A DNA stretch of 64,000 bases from Amoebophrya sp. A120 (Eukaryota > Protista > Dinoflagellata): positions 6,311,207 to 6,375,206 of the forward strand of contig CAJINV010000005.1 in NCBI GenBank assembly GCA_905178155.1. The letters are read 5' to 3'. The notes below the pieces were generated by a model. The model made no database searches. It saw only the letters and a list, made by a program, of their open reading frames with translations, and had not been told where the DNA came from. Positions 25,801 through 37,987 of the stretch are shown here, in pieces (within the stretch, counting starts at the first letter, position 1; each line of letters begins with the position of its first letter). Position numbers and translations under genes: made by a program.

Positions 25801-28800
25801 CCGACTTGGTTTCTTTCGTCCGGCGGAGCACTATGGGTTTGCAGATCATTTTGATCAGCTCCAGAACCCTCTTCACCTGCTCACTGTTCTGGTTTTCAAC
25901 CGTCCCCGTGCTCTGCCACGAGGACTCGGCCGCGGCGACCGCTGAAGTACTGCTGTTCGCACTTGATGTTCTGCCAAACAATGGGTCGGAGACCAATTTC
26001 CGCCAGACGTGTTGCACGCAGAACGGCTCCAGCTCCAGAAAACGGAGCTGCGGGTACAATTCCTCCACGGAATTTTGCATCGGCGTACCGGACACGCACC
26101 ACTTGTAATCAGCTTTCAACAGTGCGATCTTCTTCGATAATTTGGTGTGTTTTCCCTTGATGCACTGTGCTTCATCGAGGATGATGCGGCGGAAAGTCGA
26201 AGTAGTGGAAGCTACTAGTGCATTTGTGCTGTTGTTTGTCGTGTTAGAACCCCCAGCTCCCTGCTGGACGACGAGGTTGTGTTGCGGGAGACTATGCTGT
26301 TGAAACAGCGGGCTGGTCCTGACATCTTCAACATTCACGACGCCGTAGGTCGTGAAAACAATGTCGTAATTGGAAAAATGCTGGCCTTTGCGGTCTGACC
26401 CGTAGTATTCCAGGTACCTGATCTTGTTAGTAGTTGCTGTCCCGGTCGTGCCCTTGGTGTTCGTGGAGGGTTTACTGCTGCTGTCGCTGTATCGCAAGAA
26501 AAAACTGTTTACAGTAGTTCTAAATTCACATTTTCTGCAAGAACTGCAGCAACACAAACTTCCTCTGCATCTTCAAAGGCGGGAAGATGATAGATATAAA
26601 CTTGCAATGCATAGATTATCAGGGAAAGCGCGTAAATATGCTTGCAAGCACTCTCGGCATGACTGAGGGTGTCTGTTGTCTTGCTCGTCCTGCAACAGCA
26701 CCATGCGATGTCCCTGTAAACTAGGAGTTTTTTCTTGGGATATGTTGTGCAAAAACCTGTCCATTTCCCGAATCCACTGGCCCATCAGCGAAAGAGGCGT
26801 GACCACCAAAGTCGGCCCGAGCTTGGGTCTGCTATTGCTTAACTGCATCAGGGTATTTGTCATGCGGGTTGCGGCATCATTTTCATGCTGCTGCATTTTA
26901 TTTCCGATTCGCTGCTTCGCCTGCCAAAGTCTTTGGTCAAAATCCGTGGCGAGAAGTCCGAGCATCTGGTATCCTATGTAAAAGCGTCCCGACGCCGTAG
27001 TTGTCATGCACATTTGCATGGTTAAAATGTTTCTCATGCGGAGCCCTATCAGAAGCGTTTTCTGTTCGTGTTCTGGTATTTGTGATGCCTGAATCGGCAT
27101 GATCTGCTAGGTCTGTGATGCTGCTGGATCTAGCTACATAGGATTACTACACTACGAGGCCAAACTTGTCATGCGCAACAGCCAAAGCTGGTTGATTTGT
27201 CTAGCAGAATTCCCATCTTGAGTATGGGGTCGTGGGGACGTTTTTACGTAGGATATCTGGATCGTTTTTCCCAACCCCATCTCATCCGCCAGGATCCCGC
27301 CCCGACAGTATGAATTGCAAAAGCACCGTACTAGTAGAAATCGCATTACAAATTTGGTCAGCATGACAAATGGAATTTGACATGCTGTTTTACCTTGGGA
27401 TGGAGATTTGTAGTGCATGGCTGCGATTACTACGAGTACGATACTTTTGCAGTGCATAGACAGCTGGTTTCGTTGATATCGGGAAAAGTGACGCGCAGCT
27501 CCCCCGTGCCAGGCTGAAAATACAGGCGGTCGAAAGTTGTATTCTGTTGGCTGGTAGTTGCGGATGAACTTACAACTGTGGTACTTCCTGCCGCTGCGGT
27601 ACCAGTAGCAGACGTCGTCCCTTGTTCTACTCTCGTCGCAGACTGATTACCACTAGTAGTCCCGACCCTCAACTTACTGGCACCATGGTACACATTAACC
27701 GCAGCAGAAACTGCAGCAGCTCCTCCGGCAACTACTGCAGTTGTACTTTTATCTGGAATAACCGCATGCGGCGCGTTTTGCTTCAGGTACTGATTTAGCG
27801 TGAAATTATACTGGTGCTTGATAATCCGGTACTCCGACCAGAGGGGATTCAAAACCGGCTTGCTTGTAGTTGTACTGCTACTGCTGCTGCTCGTCGCGAG
27901 GCGGACGTCTTCTTCTGCATTTTCTTCGGGCTTAGGATCCTTTACATCGTCCTCGTGCACTAGTGGTGCTTCTTCCAGTACCTGCTCCACCTGGTTCTCT
28001 TTCGCTTGGCTTCCATCAGCGTCGACCCCTGCGGTGTTCAGAGCTGCCAGAACCGGGTGATGATCTACCATTTCTTCCCCAGTCGTAGTTCCATGTACGG
28101 CAGCAGCCGCAGCAGCAGAAAATCCCTCCTCCAGCGCTTCTACTTTGTTGGAAGATGATGTCACAGGAACAACCGCGGCCGTCGGTTCGTCGGCAACGGC
28201 CTCCTCCTCCGAGTCCGAAATCAAATCAATCACGACTTCGGGCTGCTTGATGTTCTTGCTCTGGGTAGAAGTTGTTTGCTGTTTCTTGTTGCCGTCTAGT
28301 ACTTTCGACAGAGCTGATGTCGCTGTTGTTTTTTCTCCTGATCGTGCTGTTGTAGTTCTTTTTTTGCTACCACTCGTTGATGATGTTCCAGCAGCGGCGC
28401 CGCCCACGCTTGTTCTTTTCCTCTTCCTGCCGTCCTCTTTCGGCGACGTGATCCTAGTTGCAAATTCGGAAAGGTCTCTACTATTCGCTGCACTCGGAGC
28501 TGCTCCTCCGCCTGGGCGGCCACGACTAGGCTGCGCAGCTGCACTCGCTGTGTCCAGTTGCAGTGGCACTTCTCTGGTGAAAATGACAGCATTCATTTTC
28601 CTCGGGTTTTTTCCTCCATCTTCCCCTCCAAAGTTTTCACACATCCCTTTCCACTTGTTCCCGATGTTCCCGCACTATTACAGTGAAAAACGCGCCCCAC
28701 CACCCCTGAAATCGCAAAAATTTGTGATGCGAAGTTTCCAAATGAAAACTTTTTGTCATGCATGAAAGGAGTATGAATCTTTCTGATGCAGAGTCTAGGC

Positions 28801-31800
28801 GTGTATCGCATCGCTTCCATGACAAGCGCCGCACTTGCTGGGGTCTTTTGCAATACAAATTTTTGCTATTCACGATTGGAAACCTGTGATGCTGATACAT
28901 GCAAGAGGGCGAACGTTTCATTTGGAAAGGTTTGCAATACAAATGCTCCCAAGTTCGGGGGTGGGGGCATTTTTCACTGTAGTACGCAGATTTCCGGATT
29001 TTCCCTCGCGAACAGGAACGCGATGCCCTGCTTTTGGTAATTCTGCAAGGTTTATCAACTGCAAAAGTGTCTGGGTCTGGAAGAGTGCCAGACTTGTCAT
29101 GCAGGTTTTCCATGACCTATGAGGTCTGGCATGTAGCACATAGCATGACAGATTCTATGAGAGTTCTATCATGCCTATTCTGCATGACAAGCTGCCTCTG
29201 TCTCGATTAGGTCAAAAGTGGACAGCTTTTGGTTATCATGCAACACAGATTTATACATGATTCAGATTTAGCATCACAAGTTGCTTTGTTCCAGACCCAG
29301 ACATTTTTGCATTGGATAAGGTTCTCAAGTTCGGGAATTTTTCCAAATCCGGCACATAGTAGGGTAAGTCGTGCTTTTCCAAAAAATGCGAGTCCTGGTT
29401 CAGCACATCTTCCGCGGGGCGACCACTTCTCGACGGTGCTGAAGGTTGTAAGGCTTGTCCTGCGATATTTGAAGATATCGGCTTCAAAGTTTGATGGTCG
29501 TGGTCTCCTGAAGTTGTAGATGACGCGGCTTCGAGCACAGAAGCTAGCGCGCTCCGCTCCCGCTGTTCCAGCTCGTTTCTTTCATCTGCGCTATCGTCTG
29601 AAGAAGAGATCTCAGCCTGCTGGTGCTGGTCAACATCTCTGTTCCTTGCAGCTATCTGTAGTTCCTGATCTGTCGCACTACTAGAGGCCGCAGGTCCTGA
29701 ACGATCTCCTTTTTTTCTCCTCTTTTTCAGTGGCGGGGCGGCCGCAAGGTTGACGGCTTGAGCAGTAGTTGATCCGACGTTTTTCATCAAGAGCTTCTTT
29801 TGCTCCTCCTCTTCTTCCATTTTCTTGTTGCTCAACACTCTTTCCTATCAAGTGCAAAAATGTCTGGGTCTGGAAGAGTCGGGACTTGTCATGCACATTT
29901 TGCATGACCCGTGAGGTCTGTGATGCTGGTGCTAGCATCACAGATTTTTTGAGAGCTTCTTGACGCTGATTACGCATGAGAAATGCCCTCTCCGCGTGCC
30001 AAGAACTGACTCCTCTTGCTGCTCATGCAACACAGATATTTTTAGAATCCGCAGACAGCATTACACGTTCCACTCTTCCAGACCCAGACATTTTTGCAAT
30101 CCATATTTCCTCCATTGTCTGTCCGCGGCTCAACAGCTCCAGTTTTCCCGAAACGCTATCCAACAGTTTCTGAAAGCACAGCTTGGTAACATCCTATCAA
30201 ATGCAAATATGTCTGGGTCTGGAAACTTGTAATGCTGAGGGACTTAGAATGTGGAGGCCACAAATGATGGCTCAGCATGACAAGTTTCTGAGCTTCTAAG
30301 TCTTGCCTATTCTGCATGACAAACTGCGTTTTTGCATCACAGAAAAATAGGGACTTTGGGTAACGCGCATGACAGACTTAGGAAACTTGCTAGCCTAGCA
30401 TGACAAACCTTGCACTTTTCCAGACCCAAACATCTGTGCAATCCATACCTCCTGCCGCTCCACAATGGAATTTTGCCGGTCTTGATCAGCTTGGTGCACC
30501 ATCTGTGCAGAATTTCCTTTAATACCCACAGCCGTGGTGCCCGGATGTTGTTGTAGTAGAGCACCCGCACGACTAGCATTACCGATCGCACTTTGCGCCG
30601 CGCCACTCAAAGCTTTTTCCGTCAACACGATGAGCAGCACGACGGGAATGGACCCACCCACCTTCACGTCCTGCCCCACGCCGAAGGTATGGAGAGAAAA
30701 AAGTCTTTCGAAGTCAGTAAGCTGCACACTTGACATTACAAATTTTCTCAGCATCACAACTTCTCCTTGTATTGCAGAAACACTAGGGAAATCCCTTATG
30801 AAGTGTGGCAGTGATGCATTTTTACGCATGGCAGACAATTGTGTATTGCAAAAAGTCCCATGAGTGATCGTGGCGAGCTTTTTTCTTTTGATAGGAGGGG
30901 TCCAGGTAGCAGTGCTTCACCTCCACGAGCTCCCACAAGACCAAGGGCAGGTATGTATTGCAAATATGTCTGGGTCTGGAAAGTTGTGATGCATGTCAGT
31001 GAATAGCAAGCGCACTGTAATGCAACTCCAAGCATGACAGATTTTTTCGTGGCTCTGTGTTGCGTATTCCGCATGATAAACAGCGTTTTTGAATGACAGA
31101 CAATAGGAGCTCTTCCTGGCCACGCAATACAGAGCTCACAGTCATGCCAAACTAGCATGACGAATCTCGCAATCTTCCAGACATCCAGAGATATTTGCAG
31201 TCCATAGCAAGAGGCATTTCGCGATACTGCCCGGAAAACTGGCAATGTCGCCGTCGATACCGTTTATGTATCAACTGCAGAAGTATCATACTAGCATAAA
31301 TTGCATGACAAATCTCCTCAGCATGAGAAATGAAATTTGTAATGCGGATTTACCTTAAGAAAAGGATTTGTAATGCAAGACTTGCATTTATACGAGTACG
31401 ATACTTTTGCACAGGATATTATGGAAATTTTCACGGTGGCGTAGTCGTACAGCCACTTGATGGGTACCTTGTGCATATCACACGAAAAAAGTGTTACAGT
31501 TACACATTTGTTGTCAATTCAGCAACACAAATTTCTCTGGAACAAGAGAGAGAAAACTTGCGTTGCAGAAATCCCACGGGAAAACACTTATGAAACAACG
31601 CTCCTATGCATATCCGGCATGACAGAGCTTGTCTGTCTTGCTATGCCTGCATAGACTATGTGTGTAACTGTAACACTTTTTCTTGCGATAGTGCAGGCTG
31701 TAGTGGTACTCTCGCTGGTACTTCTGCAACTCCTTTTTGTTGTTGATCCCTGTTAAGGAGAACTCTAATATGCAGTGCAAAAGTATCGTACTCGTATAAA

Positions 31801-34361
31801 TGCATTACAAATTTCCTCAGCATGAGAAATGAAATTTGTAATGCTGATTTAACTTAAGGAAAAGATTTGTATTGCATGATTACAATACGAGTACGATACT
31901 TTTGCACAGGATATCTAACTGCAGCGGTAAATTCTTCCGCAGCGCCGGTCCGATCTCTATCAAATGCAAAAGTGTCTGGGTCCGGAACAAAGCAACTTGT
32001 CATGCTAAATCTGAATCATGTAAAAATCTGTGTTGCGTGATTACCAAAAGCTGTCCACTTTTGACCTAATCGGGAGGCAGTTTCTCATGCAGAATAGGCA
32101 TGATAGAACTCTCGCAGAATCTGTCATGCTATGTCCTACATACCAGACCTCATGGGTCATGGAAAACCTGCATGACAAGTCTGGCATTCTTCCAGACCCA
32201 GACATTTTTGCAGTTGATAATCTCGCCGTTGATGCGAAATTTGGAATTTTTCGAAATCGTGCGCACGGTGGTCGCCGGGAACTGCCAAAAGCTATGGGAT
32301 TCTCAGACGTTACGTTCTCAACTGTTCCATGATTTATTGTCATGCAAAATTGCCATCAGCTGCCACACGACCAAGCTATTCCGCATGACAAATTATCGAA
32401 GTGCTAAGCAGGCCGATAATCCATGCCAAATTTGTGATGCGAGGCCTGCACGCTACCCCCTTTAACTTTTGCTGTCCTTGCGTCGCAAACCCATGCAACA
32501 GTTGAGAATGTAACAGTTGGGAACGCCATAAAAGCCCAACGGAATTTCGATTTTCTGGTTGGTTTGGAAAATCCGGATTTTTTGGGTTCTTTGCGGTTGC
32601 GCGGCAGTAGACGTCGTCGTGGTAGGAGGTGGAGCAGCTGATGTCGTGTTGATCTGGGCCCCCGCGGGTCTCTGATTCATCTTCATCTGAGGATTCTGTT
32701 TGTTGTGCAGCCCCAATCTGTGTAGAATGGCGACCAGATTTTCTCAGAAGCAAAGAGCGAAGTACGCAAATGCAGATAGGAGAAAAAGCGCCTGAAATTT
32801 TTCGGAAACATTGACGAGTTGCAGCATACCACAGCTGCCCTCGCTGGGCAATTGCTCTCCGCGAACGGAGTGCGTTTCCACGGAAAGATTTTCTGAGGAA
32901 ACCTCGGAGCCCAATTTCCGCAGCCGCTTGCGGACATTCTCTGCGAGAGCTAGAGGAATAATCGTTTTCGGACCACGAGTCGGAAGCACCCTCTGAGACG
33001 CTTTTCGGCGCGCCGCGGCCCAAAAAGCGCAAATTCTGCCGCTTTTTGACCCACGGCGCCGCAAAAAGCGCCTCAGAGGAAATCTTCTGACCCGGAGCCC
33101 GAGAAAAGGTCGAAGAGAATTGAGGCCTCACTGCAGCCTCTGTCACAGAAAATTCCGCCGGCGGCCCCAGAGATTGGGGCCCGGGGCTTCTCCAAAAGCC
33201 GTCGCGCAGAAACAAGGGTGGGCAAGCGAGGGCAGGCGCGACTGCGGTGCTGCGTTCTTTTGACTAACGTTTCGAAAAGTCTCAAAACGCTTTCCCGGCA
33301 CTTTGCTCTTTTGTTTTTCCGCTAATTACTTCTGAAAAAGCCCGATCTATACTGTCACAGGCTGGGCATTTTTCAGAGTGGAAAGGGCAGAGATTGCCAC
33401 TCGCGGCGCGGTCTTTTTCCGTTCCAAAACATTTTTTTTCGCCTCGAGAAAATTCCACGGAGGACCGTGAGCGACGTGCGAAACGAAAATGAGCGACTTT
33501 TGAGCTCTGCACCCCTGACAATCTGTGCCTTCTTATCTGGGCCCCCGCGGGTCTCTGATTCATCTTCATCTGAGGATTCTGTTTGTTGTAGTTCTGTTCT
33601 TGTTGCCCGAACACAACAACTCTACCTGTAGTTCGTGGTCCAGTGCTGGTCCCCACGACAGCAGGCACATTCTTTGTCTTCGAGGCAGTCGCAGCTCCGT
33701 CGCTTGCACTGGATGATGAAGATGCGCCGGATGGGGCCGCGGCGGCATAAAAATCCTGCTGCCCTGGCGCGGCCTTTTCCTCGTCTGCGTCCTCCTCGTC
33801 GGATAGGTCGATGACTTTGCTAGTGGAGGAAGTCGCAAGGTTTGTTTTGATGCCCGTACGTATTTTATTCATCCCACCCAGAAGAACTTCTGTCCTTATT
33901 GTGAGGAAAAATCCCCCCTCCCCATATCGAAAGCGGATTTGTGTTGCTGTATTTGAGTACACAAATCACATCTGTCTTGCTAGAGAGGACTGCAGACCCA
34001 TATCAAGCCTGAGCAGAGAGGCTTTGACTTAGGCGCTTAGCATGAAAAGCGTCCGTGATGTTGGCTCAACAGCATGACAAACCGCCTCCATAATGGGACG
34101 GAAGCTGTTGCCCTTGTCTTCTTGCAACACAAACGTGATTTGTGACCTCAAATCAGCAACACAAATTTTCGAAAACCTACCTCTTCAATATGGGGAGGGG
34201 GGATTTTTCCTTGCGATAGTCCTAGAAGTCTCTTTACTCGTCGTGTCGTCCACCGCATGCTGGTCCTTCAGTGTTGTGCCGGCGTTTTGGAGGTTCTTCT
34301 GCAAGAACGTCCCCAGCTTGGCCTCGGTTGGCACAAACTTACTCTTTTTCGTGGTCAGCAT
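22889..34361 (-). CDS. RAD5: Rad5/HLTF-like DNA repair protein (HIRAN-like, SNF2 ATPase, RING), ~1894 aa; 20 introners plus one 828-bp insert
   Basis: Motifs LQNYQKQGIAFLFARE, GGILADEMGLGKTIQ, PTLVVTPLSLMGQW, DIVFTTYG, RIILDEAQ, WCVSGTPMQN, C3HC4 RING (CASC..PCQHVYCAEC..CVAC), KILVFSQW, LLISLKAGGVGLNL, WWNPAVEEQAFQRIHRIGQ. HIRAN-like segment at ~30600-31440. All junctions in frame. Confidence 0.88.
22918..23057. mobile_element. TIR introner F1
   Basis: TSD CAGCT/CAGCT, frame restored. Confidence 0.95.
23238..23498. mobile_element. TIR introner F2
   Basis: TSD TGGAT/TGGAT; splits helicase motif VI (RIH|RIGQ). Confidence 0.96.
24488..24799. mobile_element. TIR introner F3
   Basis: TSD TCCTG/TCCTG, frame restored. 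Confidence 0.95.
25047..25303. mobile_element. TIR introner F2
   Basis: TSD CGTGT/CGTGT, frame restored. Confidence 0.93.
25369..25633. mobile_element. TIR introner F2
   Basis: Perfect ~30-bp TIR, TSD AACCT/AACCT. Confidence 0.96.
26490..26742. mobile_element. TIR introner, family F6 (GAAAAAACTGTTT), degenerate
   Basis: TSD CGCTG/TGTTG (3/5), frame restored. Confidence 0.8.
26970..27255. mobile_element. TIR introner, family F7 (GTAAAA-CGTCCC)
   Basis: TSD TCTGG/TCTGG; follows Walker A (GKTIQ|M). Confidence 0.95.
27309..27458. mobile_element. TIR introner F1
   Basis: TSD GACAG/GACAG, frame restored. Confidence 0.95.
28676..28984. mobile_element. TIR introner, family F4 (CAGTGAAAAA..GCCCC)
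   Basis: TSD CGCAC/CGCAG, right end GTA, frame restored. Confidence 0.92.
29053..29318. mobile_element. TIR introner F2
   Basis: TSD AGGTT/AGGTT, frame restored. Confidence 0.95.
29846..30105. mobile_element. TIR introner F2
   Basis: TSD TTTCC/TTTCC, frame restored. Confidence 0.95.
30195..30447. mobile_element. TIR introner F2
   Basis: TSD CATCC/CCTCC, frame restored. Confidence 0.92.
30688..30893. mobile_element. TIR introner, family F14 (AGAAAAAAG), degenerate
   Basis: TSD GAAGG/GGAGG, frame restored. Confidence 0.8.
30952..31206. mobile_element. TIR introner F2
   Basis: TSD GCAGG/GCAAG, frame restored. Confidence 0.92.
31269..31418. mobile_element. TIR introner F1
   Basis: TSD TTATG/TTATG, frame restored. 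Confidence 0.95.
31476..31690. mobile_element. TIR introner F5
   Basis: TSD GTGCA/GTGCA, frame restored. Confidence 0.95.
31769..31913. mobile_element. TIR introner F1
   Basis: TSD TCTAA/TCTAA, frame restored. Confidence 0.95.
31958..32219. mobile_element. TIR introner F2
   Basis: TSD ATCTC/ATCTC, frame restored. Confidence 0.95.
32293..32530. mobile_element. TIR introner, family F8 (TATGG..GTTACATTCTCAACTG)
   Basis: TSD AAAGC/AAAGC, frame restored. Confidence 0.93.
32652..33589. mobile_element. 828-bp insert (32707-33534) flanked by exact 55-bp direct repeats of RAD5 coding sequence
   Basis: Identical 55-mers at 32652-32706 and 33535-33589 (encoding NKQNPQMKMNQRPAGAQI). Interior lacks introner motifs. 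Confidence 0.7.
33897..34218. mobile_element. TIR introner F3
   Basis: TSD GTCCT/GTCCT, frame restored. Confidence 0.95.
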
Positions 34362-35984
34362 CTTTATTCATTCGAAAAATCGGCCTTTTACTTTTTCATT
34401 TTCTGCACGCGGTTGTAGTACAAGTTGGCATATATTTGGTATAGCAGTGGCAGAAATAAAGTTGATGTAGCGGCAAATTCAAATGTCATAGAGCCACAAC
34501 ACAAACAAAAATATTTTCGATAGGTTATTGGGCGGAGTCGTGAGGCTGCTACTTCTAGTCTTTCTCCTGACAATTCCACCAGGTCGTGCTGATTAAGCCG
34601 CATGTTAGTTCTTCGTGTAACAAATCTATGGCGGCCCGCAACCGAGAAATTACCTACCATTGCTTTGAAACGACCTGAAGAACCACGATATCAAAGAGCT
34701 CATCTACAACAACCCGGCGGTTTTCGTTCGACAGAGTCGTGCAGCGAGGAGAAGCAAAATCTTTTTCATCTTCTTCATCTATCGAAATTCACAAGTCCCC
34801 CTGGTATAGGAACTGATGGTGATCGTGATCTGACGTTATAATTCCAAATGACGGTCGAATTATCTGTGAGTTTTCCTTTTGAACAGAAGCCTATACATAG
34901 TTTAGGCTTTGGTCGTTGCGAGGAGGCTCTATCGTCTCGAGACGAAGATCATCGTGCGAACATTCGCACTAGAGGTGAACAACGGAAAAATGCAGCCTAG
35001 GCCACGCCACGACAATGAATGCGGCGGGCGTTTGACAGCGCTCCGGCGCGAAGCTCATAATTTCTTGCGGTCTTCCTAATTGCAGCATAAAAATTTTGAT
35101 AAATCAAAAGATTACACCACTGTGGTTTTTGGATGCTTGGAACTAGTACGGACATCAGCACCGGGAATCGGCCTGGTAAGTACTATCGCATGCATCGTGC
35201 AACCTGCACTCTCGCGGCTGCAGCTGCTGCCTCGGTGTTCTACTTTGCAGGGGGGTCTTCAGGAGCGTGTTGTATGTATCTCTATGTACAAAAAAAAATG
35301 AAGCTGCCATTTGTTTCATGCGTTGCATCATGTGTAGTTTTCGTTTCCTTGCATTATTATTTTCGTACCAAAAATAAATCACTCCACAACAGGGTGGACA
35401 AGATTCATTGACTTAAACTAACAGCTCGCATTTAAAAATTTTCACTAGGCGGTATTCGCAATACATACACAACAACTCCTTATCCTCAAAAGTGAATCTT
35501 GAAGACATCGCAAGAATAGGATAAAAATGGGGGGGAGAATATGATAGTTCCTCAAACGATCTTACAAAAGCACGGCAAGTTCTGTACTTCGTCCCGAGCT
35601 TCAACATCATACACGTTTTCTTGTATTAAATTTCTAGGATGATGATAATGTCGGCACCAGTGTGCCCTTTGGCGGACTGCTGCGTGCTACTCCGACGGCA
35701 GCTGAAGCTGAACGCCGATCTTCTACGGACTTGATAAATACTTTTTCAGGGCTGAAGTTTATTTTGCTCAAAATTCCGAACTGCTCAAAATTCCGACCCA
35801 AGAGCTGATTAAGACATCCACATCCAGCCAGCCAGGAGGTCATTTATTTTCCCATTGATAAAGACATCCAGCCAGAAGGTCGTGCGCACGACGTCAAAAT
35901 CAAGAGTGATCCGGCTTCTCTGCTTTCGGATCTCGTCCCGCGATACTGCGAGATGACGTGATCCGCAGGCAGAAGGAAAGCAGC

Positions 35985-36247
35985 TATCAAATGCAAAAAT
36001 GTCTGGGTCTGGAAGGATGCAACTTGTGATGCGCATTGCACAACACACAAAAATCTCTCATGCACAGGCAGCAAAAGGTGCCCATCTCCTGTCACCATAC
36101 TAGGGGATTTGTCATGCAGATTGGGCATTGCGGAAGATTCTCGAAATCTGTCATGCTAGGGCTTCCATGACAGACCTTCTGTGTCATGCAAAAACAGCAT
36201 GGCAAAAGTCGGCACTCTTCCAGACCCAGACATTTTTACATTTGATA
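35985..36247. mobile_element. TIR introner F2, outside any recognised CDS
   Basis: TSD GCAGC/GCAGC. Confidence 0.92.
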
Positions 36248-36721
36248 GCAGCCTGTTGGTTACAACCCGGGTAGAAGTTCGGTCTGTCTGTAGAAATAGA
36301 ACCTCTTCTACTGTAGAAGTTCTACATTGATTCTGCGCCGCGAAAACAAAAAAGCGTTCTTGCAAGCTTCTTCATCGGCACTAAACAAAACAAAACGATA
36401 AAAACATCATACATCTCGAAATGGATATGGAGGAAAAGTTGTACTTAGTTGTTATCTTCGAGTAAGTACTAAATAAAGGACATCAGCTACTCCGCAGCTC
36501 TAGTCCTCGTGTTAGCAGATGATGATGAAAACGGTATCGAGATACACACAAACATGACATGTCTCGCACCTACATCTTTTGTTCATCTTCATCTTCCCCT
36601 TGTTTAATATTTCAGTACTCGATCCGTTGGCCAAAATGTCCTCTTATTTTCCAAACAAAATACTTACTACAGTTTAGGGTCAAAACAACGAATAGATGAT
36701 GGGAAGAGAATTATGCCCGCT

Positions 36722-37042
36722 TATTGAGAGGAAAAATCCCCCCTCCCCATATTGCAATCGCATTCGTCCGAAAATTTGTGATGCAGATTTGAGGTCACAA
36801 ATCCTGTCTGTCTTGCAAAAAGGCAAAGCCTGAGATTCCGCCGCATTATGCCGGCGGTTTGTGATGCTGTTGGGCTTACAGAGCCGACACCTGTCATGCT
36901 GGTCCCCTACGTCAAAACCTCTCGACCCAGGCTGGGCATATGCCTGCAGTCCTCTCCAGCAAGACAGACCTGATTTGTGTACGCAAATGCAGCATCAGAA
37001 ACTTCGTTTCGATATGGGGAGGGGGGATTTTTCATTTTCGTA
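36722..37042. mobile_element. TIR introner F3, outside any recognised CDS
   Basis: TSD CCGCT/CCGCT, right end GTA. Confidence 0.92.
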
Positions 37043-37694
37043 CCGCTCATCTGCACGACCAATGGTCGGTGCAGCAGCAGATCATGTCCTTGTCCTTGTC
37101 CACCCTCATCTGCGCCACAATTTCTATTTTTCACAAGCATGACAAGGAAATAAACAAGTCATGAAATAATAGTCATCTCGTTGTTCTTTTTCTATGCAGA
37201 ATGTTGGTACTTCCTTCTATCGTACAAATTTTTATGTCAAGTGATTGCTCTACTTCCGAAGTATGAATGAACTGGAAAAATGGGATCACAAAGGAGCCAA
37301 ATCGATGAAAACTGAAAAAATATGATCCTGTATGATGTGGGTTTTTTTTATGCAAAGTGACAGAATGTTTGATGTAGTGTTAAAATGAATAGAGCAGATC
37401 GTACACTACTATATGACGATTGGAGGGATTGGCACAACTACCATTTTTGCAACTAGAAGAAAATCCATATAAAAGGAAGAGACTTGTTTTTCCTTTACTA
37501 CTAGCCCGTAGATTAAAGCCACTACTCGACGAGGAGGAGGTTTATTGCCAGTAGAACGAGGAGCGTGAGGACTGTTATTGCTTTCAAAATACGATCATTT
37601 TCCACGGCATCTTCCGCAAATAATCTTCCTCGCTCGGTATTACAGCAGAAGCAGAATCGAAGGAGCACCTGAATACGTACTGAAACACGACTGA

Positions 37695-37967
37695 TATCAA
37701 GTGCAAATATGTCGGGGTCTGGAAAAGATTGCTACATTTGTCTTTGCCATGCATGTCTGACATGCCTCGAGAATCTGTGACGTGTATGGGTATCGGAAAA
37801 AGCGCTCTTACCTGTTATGCAAGAACGCAGTTTTCCACGCGGAATACGCAACACACAGAAGCTCAAAAATTTGTCATGCTTGGCTCCGTATGTTGGCAGT
37901 GCGCCTCTCACTCCCTTTTAGCATAACAAGTTTCATCCAGACGCCCCAGACACATTTGCAATGCATA
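37695..37967. mobile_element. TIR introner F2 (degenerate), in probable 3' UTR
   Basis: TSD ACTGA/ACTGA, 20 nt past the stop at 37988. Confidence 0.88.
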
Positions 37968-37987
37968 ACTGAAGATCGGCCCCGCAC

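Noticed and set aside
35634-37140. An additional gene spanning the 35985 and 36722 elements
   Set aside because: Minus-strand frames hit stops soon after applying the plus-5 rule, and no recognisable protein results.
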